Both the position numbers and the translations under genes were made by a program. A DNA stretch of 22,312 bases from a candidate division WOR-3 bacterium (GTDB lineage: Bacteria; Hydrothermota; Hydrothermia; LBFQ01; DSFT01), in the NCBI GenBank assembly GCA_965649115.1, contig CBFGJN010000024.1, positions 1 to 22,312 of the forward strand, given 5' to 3'. The notes beneath the pieces are model-generated. The model was not told the DNA's origin, did no database searches, and was given only the letters and a program-made list of their open reading frames with translations. Positions 16,787 through 22,312 of the stretch are shown piece by piece (position 1 is the first letter of the stretch; the number at the start of each line of letters is the position of its first letter).

Positions 16787-18089
16787 TACTATTGTTTCAA
16801 TTAGTAGTGGATATGGAATTTCAGCAATTAGTGTAATAAGAGTTAGTGGCAATTTGGTAAATGAAATTATAAAAAGAATTTTTAAAAAACATTTAAGAGA
16901 AAGATACGCTCATTATCTAAAATTATTTAATAGTGATGGGAAAGTTATTGATGATGTTATTGCAATTTACTACAAAGCACCAAAAAGTTATACTGGTGAA
17001 GATATGCTTGAGATATTTTGTCATGGGGGACTTGTTATTCCAAAAATGATTGTTAAGGAAATTATAAAAATTGGAGCAAGACAAGCTGAACCAGGGGAAT
17101 TTACAAAAAGAGCATTTTTAAATGGAAAATTAGATTTAATTCAATCAAGAACAATAAACGAAATTATAAATGCAAAAAGTGAATTTGCTATTTTCCCATT
17201 AAGAGATAGAATTGAAGGGAAACTATCAAATAAAATAGAAAATTTAAGAGAACATTTATTAGATTTATTAAAAGAAATTGAAGCAAGGATAGATTTTGAA
17301 GAAGATGTTCCTGAAATTTCAAAAGAAGAAGTCTTTGAAAGGATTGATAGTATATTGAAAATTTTTGAGGATTTAATAAATAACTCTGCAAGTATAGAAA
17401 AAGTTAGCGAAGGTATAAATGTAGTTATTATTGGTAAGGCTAATGTTGGAAAGTCATCTATATTTAATAAACTACTTGGATATGAAAGAGCAATTGTTTC
17501 AGATATTCCTGGAACAACAAGAGATTATATTTCTGAATATATTAACTTGAATGGAATTTTATTTAAAGTTATTGATACTGCTGGAATTAGAGAAGCTATT
17601 GATTTAATAGAAAAGATTGGTATTGAAAGGAGTTTAAATTTAAGTAAATTTTCAGATATTGTTGTATTTGTTTTATCTGCTGAAAGTATAGAAGAATTTG
17701 AATTTGAACTATTAAATAAAGTTCCAAAAGATAAGTTAATTTTAGTTGTTAATAAATGTGAAATTTCAAGACCTTTAATTGAAAATTATAATCCAATTTA
17801 TATCTCTGTAAAAGAAAATATAGGTTTTGAAGAATTGAAAAATGCTTTATATGAAAAAGCTATAAGTGAAATTTCAGCAGATTATTACTTTTCAAGAAGT
17901 GAATTTGAACTTCTACAATATGCTTATGATAGAATAAAGGAAACTCTTAATCTAAAAGATGAACCTTTGGATATTTTATCTCATCAAATAAGATTAGCTG
18001 TAAATTCAATATCAAAATTACTTGGAATTGAAGATTTGCCCGAAGAAATACTAAATAGAGTTTTTAGGGATTTTTGTATAGGTAAGTAA
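16776..18089 (+). CDS. mnmE: tRNA modification GTPase
   Basis: DTIVSISS, SYTGED, GKANVGKSS, GTTRD, DTAG, C-terminal FCIGK. ATG 16776 preferred to TTG 16767. Confidence 0.97.
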   Translation: MLNDTIVSISSGYGISAISVIRVSGNLVNEIIKRIFKKHLRERYAHYLKLFNSDGKVIDDVIAIYYKAPKSYTGEDMLEIFCHGGLVIPKMIVKEIIKIGARQAEPGEFTKRAFLNGKLDLIQSRTINEIINAKSEFAIFPLRDRIEGKLSNKIENLREHLLDLLKEIEARIDFEEDVPEISKEEVFERIDSILKIFEDLINNSASIEKVSEGINVVIIGKANVGKSSIFNKLLGYERAIVSDIPGTTRDYISEYINLNGILFKVIDTAGIREAIDLIEKIGIERSLNLSKFSDIVVFVLSAESIEEFEFELLNKVPKDKLILVVNKCEISRPLIENYNPIYISVKENIGFEELKNALYEKAISEISADYYFSRSEFELLQYAYDRIKETLNLKDEPLDILSHQIRLAVNSISKLLGIEDLPEEILNRVFRDFCIGK

Positions 18090-18600
18090 AAATTTCCTTA
18101 ATAATTTCTTCTCTTTCAATTTCAGCTAAATTTTCATCAGTTTTAAAAAACTCATCTAATTTATAATTTTTTGCTTGAAATAAAAGTTCTAATTTATCAC
18201 AACCTCTTACAATAATTGCTTCTCTACTTTTACCTTCCATAAACTCTTTGTAAATTTCTTTTAGTTCGTCTAAATTTAATCCATTTAATAAATCAAAAGT
18301 TGCTTTCTTTTCAGCATTATCAACATTATCAGATCCTAAATACTTCTTGGCAACAAGATGAATGTCTCCAATTTTCACTTCACCAAGTTCGTGAATTATT
18401 GCCATAATTAAAATTTTCTTCAAATCTATATTTTCACCTCTTTTTATCAATAATAAACCAACAATTAAACTTAAAAATGCTACTAAAAAACTATGTTCTG
18501 CAACACTTTCGGGAAATTTTATTCCATAATAAGTCCAACCTGATCTTGGAATGAACTTCAATCGCTCAACTTCTTGAATTAAATGAATAATTTCTTTCAT
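18064..18600 (-). CDS. HD-domain hydrolase (YfbR/HDDC2-like 5'-deoxynucleotidase family)
   Basis: LKFIPRSGW...ESVAEHS...IHELGE...GDI...CDKLE. Convergent 26-bp overlap with mnmE. Confidence 0.85.
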   Translation of the reverse strand: MKEIIHLIQEVERLKFIPRSGWTYYGIKFPESVAEHSFLVAFLSLIVGLLLIKRGENIDLKKILIMAIIHELGEVKIGDIHLVAKKYLGSDNVDNAEKKATFDLLNGLNLDELKEIYKEFMEGKSREAIIVRGCDKLELLFQAKNYKLDEFFKTDENLAEIEREEIIKEIFTYLYKNP

Positions 18601-18949
18601 ATTCACTTATAGCATTTTTTATCGTTTCAATACCAATTAGACAGCACTTTGTTCTAATTTTTAAAATTTCTTGACCTACTAACTCTTCTATATCATTAAT
18701 GGAAAATTTTTTTACCTCGTATATGCTTTTATTTATAATTCTATCAATTATAATTTCAACAACACCTTGACTAATAGTACATAATTTACCATCGTATCCA
18801 ATATCTAAAATTCTATCTTCTTCAATTTTCAAGAATACTTCAATAAAATCTCCACAAAAATCACTGAAATTCTTTGAATAAGCATTAAAAACATTTAATT
18901 TTCTTTTATAATTTGGAAATTCGTATCTGTTTAGAATTATTTCAAGCAA
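18566..18949 (-). CDS. SufU/IscU (NifU-N) type Fe-S scaffold-like protein
   Basis: CGD, CTIS and RTKC Cys motifs. Start reassigned to TTG 18949 (7 nt after TAAAAT) because the longer ORF begins inside a MITE. Confidence 0.8.
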   Translation of the reverse strand: MLEIILNRYEFPNYKRKLNVFNAYSKNFSDFCGDFIEVFLKIEEDRILDIGYDGKLCTISQGVVEIIIDRIINKSIYEVKKFSINDIEELVGQEILKIRTKCCLIGIETIKNAISEYERNYSFNSRS

Positions 18950-18996
18950 TAATAAAATTTTAAAGTATAAAAAAATACCTCTTTTTAGAATTGTTG

Positions 18997-19164
18997 TGCT
19001 TTGTCCAGTAATTATTGCTAAATGCTTGATTATCAATGACTTACGAAAATTTCAATAAAACTATTGATTTTATGGGGGATCTAATGGGGGGCGGAGCCTT
19101 ATTTACTAGGGTGGGTGGGAAAAAATAAGAAATAATCTATATTTCCAAATTACTAGACAAAGCC
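18997..19164 (+). mobile_element. MITE copy J (168 bp, internal deletion)
   Basis: Ends TGCTTTGTCCAGTAA / TTACTAGACAAAGCC. 9-bp TSD GAATTGTTG at 18988-18996 and 19165-19173. Confidence 0.9.
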
Positions 19165-19199
19165 GAATTGTTGTTGATTAAACTTTAAAATTTTCTATT

Positions 19200-19613
19200 A
19201 TGAAAAGCTTTACAAAATATCTAACATTTAATACTAAAAACAGAAAAGAAATTATAAGAATAACAGAAGATGTTAAAAAAGCTGTTGAAGAAAGTGGGAT
19301 TAAAGAAGGAATATGTCTTGTATCATCAATGCACCTGACTGCAAGTATTGTAGTTCAAGATAATGAAAAAGGATTACATCAAGATATTTTTGAATGGCTT
19401 GAAAAATTAGCACCTTACAAAGAAGACTATAAACACCATTTAACAGGTGAAGATAATGCTGATGCTCATCTAAAAAATATATTAACTCATCTTCAAGTAG
19501 TTCTTCCCATTACAAATGGCAAATTAGATCTTGGTCCTTGGCAGGAAATTTTTTATTTTGAATTTGATGGTCAAAGACCAAAGAGAGCTATTATAAAAAT
19601 TATTGGAATTTAA
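19200..19613 (+). CDS. yjbQ: YjbQ/UPF0047 family protein
   Basis: SMHLTAS...DNE...EDNADAHLK...[16 protein letters not shown]. Confidence 0.93.
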   Translation: MKSFTKYLTFNTKNRKEIIRITEDVKKAVEESGIKEGICLVSSMHLTASIVVQDNEKGLHQDIFEWLEKLAPYKEDYKHHLTGEDNADAHLKNILTHLQVVLPITNGKLDLGPWQEIFYFEFDGQRPKRAIIKIIGI

Positions 19614-19638
19614 CACCTAACTTTAAAATTTTAAATAG

Positions 19639-20436
19639 TTGGAAGAAAAAATTTTTATTATTGAACTTGCAAAAGCTCTTAAAGAAAAAAGAGATGTAGT
19701 TTTTATATTTATTGGACCTGATGGAACATCCATTAGATGTGCTGTTGAAAATGGAAATATATTATATATTGAAGGATTATACGGTAGTGGTAAAAGCGAA
19801 ATTGAGAGAATTATTAAATGGAAAAAAGGAAAAATTATTGAAAGACCATTAAAAGATGAAGATAGAAATAAAAAAAGTGAATTTATTGACCCTGATCCAA
19901 TTATTTCTATTTTGGAAAAAGTTGATAAAAAAAGAGATTTATTTAGTGATTTTATAAAAGAATATTTAAAGCTTTTAAAAACATTTATAAATGAGTTTGA
20001 AATGTCATCAGTGAGCTTTTTAGAATTGTTAAATTCAAATAAATCTAAAAATATCTATTATATTCAAAACAAAGGATTTTTATTCTTAAAAGATAATGAA
20101 ATTGAAGGCTTCTTAAACACTATTGGAAAATTTATGAAAGACTTTTATACAAATGAAATTGTCATTTTTTCAAAATTAGTTATTGAAAACTGGCAGTACG
20201 ATTTATTAAAATTACCATTTGAAAAACAACCTGAAATGGAAGGACAAATAAGTCCAAATCTTTTAATGAAATTTTTAAATGAAATTGATGGATTATTTTT
20301 TATTTGTGAAGATAATAAAAAAATAATTGTTATGAAAAACAAAGAGAATAAGAAAATATATAAAACATCATCAGAAATAGCGATATTAGAAAATTTAGAA
20401 ATTAAATTATCCCCCTTTGTCTTAATATGGCAATAG
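19639..20436 (+). CDS. Hypothetical protein, possible DUF4388/PATAN-like N-terminus
   Basis: TTG start 9 nt after TAAAAT. ENGNILYI...G...IIKWKKG resembles DUF4388. Confidence 0.6.
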   Translation: MEEKIFIIELAKALKEKRDVVFIFIGPDGTSIRCAVENGNILYIEGLYGSGKSEIERIIKWKKGKIIERPLKDEDRNKKSEFIDPDPIISILEKVDKKRDLFSDFIKEYLKLLKTFINEFEMSSVSFLELLNSNKSKNIYYIQNKGFLFLKDNEIEGFLNTIGKFMKDFYTNEIVIFSKLVIENWQYDLLKLPFEKQPEMEGQISPNLLMKFLNEIDGLFFICEDNKKIIVMKNKENKKIYKTSSEIAILENLEIKLSPFVLIWQ

Positions 20437-21262
20437 CAATATCGTAAATTTCATTCTTTAAATTTCTTTTTATTTTTTTATTTTCAAACAATTGAATAAT
20501 CTCCCTTTCTAATTTTGTAATATGTTCAAGATTAACTGGATAATTTAAAAAAGTTATATAAAACAAAATCCAAGAACTTCCAATTAAAGGAAATTTTTTT
20601 TCAAAATTAAAAATGATATTATTCCATTTCAAATTTGAAAATAATTTAAATTTCAAAATATCTTGCCACATAAAAACCCTATTTTTTTCACTTGATATTA
20701 TTTCAAGCTCTCTTCTAATTCTTGAAAATGAAACATTTTTTAAAAATTTTCTTGAAGAATTTATTTGATTTAAAAATTTCTTTGAATACCTTAAATTTAA
20801 CTTTTTAGCATATCTAATACCTCTAAAAATTCTCGTTGGGTCGTCAAGAAATGAGTTTATTGGAATAAGAATTTTCTTTTTTAAATGTTCAATACCATTA
20901 AAAATGTCAATAATGTTTCCATTTAAATCCATAGCAATAGCATTTATTGTAAAATCTCTTCTTTTTAAATCTTCGTATATTGAATAAACAATTTCAATTT
21001 TTGGTAATGCTCCGTTATATTCATAAGTTTCTTTTCTTGAAACTGCTAAATCAAGAACATAATCACCCTTTTTAAATTTAGCTGTAAAAAATTGTGATCT
21101 AAAAATAAGCTCATAACCTTCTTTAAGAAATTTTTCAATTGCTAATTCAAATTCTTTATTAACATCATTCTTTGGAACTAAAACGATATCAATATCTTTG
21201 CTTTCAATACCTAAAATTTTATCCCTAACATATCCACCAACAAAATACAAATTTAACTCCAT
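20402..21262 (-). CDS. cca: Class II tRNA nucleotidyltransferase (CCA- or A-adding), short form
   Basis: VGGYVRD...DID, RKETY...GALP, DLKRRDFTINA, DDPTRIFR motifs. Confidence 0.88.
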   Translation of the reverse strand: MELNLYFVGGYVRDKILGIESKDIDIVLVPKNDVNKEFELAIEKFLKEGYELIFRSQFFTAKFKKGDYVLDLAVSRKETYEYNGALPKIEIVYSIYEDLKRRDFTINAIAMDLNGNIIDIFNGIEHLKKKILIPINSFLDDPTRIFRGIRYAKKLNLRYSKKFLNQINSSRKFLKNVSFSRIRRELEIISSEKNRVFMWQDILKFKLFSNLKWNNIIFNFEKKFPLIGSSWILFYITFLNYPVNLEHITKLEREIIQLFENKKIKRNLKNEIYDIAIAILRQRGII

Positions 21263-22071
21263 TTAGAAAGTATAAAAATTAAAATCAGAGCAAGAATTCC
21301 AAGAATGAATAAAATAATAAATATAATTAATGAAAGCTTAATAATACCAAAACTTTCTTGAAAAGTCCTCCATTTTCTATCTATTTCTTCCCTAATTGCT
21401 CCAATCCATAAATAATTTTCATATTTTTTTTCTAAATTTTTAATTTTCTTTTCTTCAAATTTCATAGCAAAATAAAAAACAGGAGATAGAAAAACAATAG
21501 AAATAAAAACTGCTGGCAATAATGCTAATCCCATACCTGCTAAAAGTGAAAGAATTAAAACTCCAAGAAATCCTTTTGGAATATCACTCACTTTAAATTT
21601 TTCAATCTCTTCATATACTTTTACTATTTCATAAACTTCTTTTTTTAATTTCCTTGTAATACTTGCCTTTTCAAAGTAATTTAAGAAATTATAAACATCT
21701 TCAAGGTCTCTCTTAATTGAAGAACCTTTTAAACTCTCTTTAACAAAAATTTCTAAGTCTTCATTTATTTCTTTACTATCTTCATTCATTTCATAACTTT
21801 TATAATAAAAATCAAACCAGTTTCCAAAAGGTTCTTTTTTTCTCAAAGCTATCGCTTTATAAAACCAACATTTATAATTATTTGGATTTATTTCAAGCGC
21901 CTTATTAAAACATTCCTCTGCCTTTTCAATTAAATTTGACTTTTGAAAAATAATTCCTTTATAAATCCAAGCATTTTCATCATATGGATTTTTTTTAAGA
22001 TATTCGTCCAATATCTCATTAGCTTCTTTATATTTTCCAACTTTAATTAAGTTCTCTATGTTTTCTATCAA
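21253..22071 (-). CDS. TPR-containing membrane protein
   Basis: N-terminal TPRs (AWIYKG...AEECFNKALEINP) and C-terminal hydrophobic helices. Confidence 0.8.
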   Translation of the reverse strand: MIENIENLIKVGKYKEANEILDEYLKKNPYDENAWIYKGIIFQKSNLIEKAEECFNKALEINPNNYKCWFYKAIALRKKEPFGNWFDFYYKSYEMNEDSKEINEDLEIFVKESLKGSSIKRDLEDVYNFLNYFEKASITRKLKKEVYEIVKVYEEIEKFKVSDIPKGFLGVLILSLLAGMGLALLPAVFISIVFLSPVFYFAMKFEEKKIKNLEKKYENYLWIGAIREEIDRKWRTFQESFGIIKLSLIIFIILFILGILALILIFILSKWS

Positions 22072-22129
22072 AGTATTATAATTTTAAAGCATTTCTTTTT
22101 TAAAACAATTGATTTATTGGGGACAATTG

Positions 22130-22195
22130 TTATTATTTCCATGTTTTTCCCACCCATCCCTGAAATTAACCTTTCCTACTTATAAATACTCCAAT
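22130..22195 (-). mobile_element. MITE remnant K
   Basis: TTTTTCCCACCCATCCCTGAAATTAA...TAAATAC matches the MITE interior. Ends decayed. Confidence 0.6.
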
Positions 22196-22213
22196 AATTC
22201 TCCTGTAAAATAT

Positions 22214-22312
22214 TGCCTTGTCCAATAATTCTGGAATTATTTATTTTTCTTTATTTTCCCACCCACCCTAAATAAAAGCCTTCGCCTTTAAAATACCCAT
22301 TTTTTGCTTTGG
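22214..22312 (-). mobile_element. MITE copy L (cut by the window edge)
   Basis: Starts TGCCTTGTCCAATAATT, contains CCCACCCACCC and AAAATACCCATTTTTTGCTTTGG shared with copy A. Confidence 0.85.

Noticed and set aside
18950..19036. N-terminal extension of the SufU-like ORF
   Set aside because: Begins inside MITE J and spans the -10 box; TTG 18949 is the better start.
19765..19800. Walker A-like GLYGSGKS in the 265-aa protein
   Set aside because: No Walker B or NTPase context recognised; probably coincidental.
1..22312. tRNA, rRNA or RNase P RNA genes
   Set aside because: No such sequence recognised; the GC-rich non-coding patches are MITE motifs or short terminator hairpins.

Overview
Very AT-rich, gene-dense bacterial chromosomal segment. 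It contains a tandemly duplicated 7Fe-type ferredoxin bracketing a HEPN plus small-ORF cassette, and an osmC-like gene. A mosaic HTH/TPR/SARP-like regulator lies divergent from a small secreted-peptide gene and an OmpA/MotB-like, Wzc-like kinase, transglutaminase-like operon. Further along are an ankyrin protein, sdhC-sdhD-sdhB (no sdhA) coupled to a GAF-ANTAR gene and a lipoprotein, and the rpmH-yidD-yidC-jag-mnmE cluster with rnpA absent. The right end has an HD hydrolase, a SufU/IscU-like gene, yjbQ, a class II tRNA nucleotidyltransferase and a TPR membrane protein. Most larger intergenic gaps are filled by a ~205-bp non-autonomous MITE-like family: 7 copies with both ends, plus truncated copies and remnants. 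It has ~16-bp terminal inverted repeats resembling IS903 ends, perfect 9-bp target duplications in 4 copies, back-to-back IHF-consensus sites and covarying hairpins, and it is oriented with local transcription. Most operon-leading genes have CTT-TAAAAT 7-9 nt before the start codon and no Shine-Dalgarno, suggesting near-leaderless mRNAs. All family assignments come from motif recognition by eye, not database searches.
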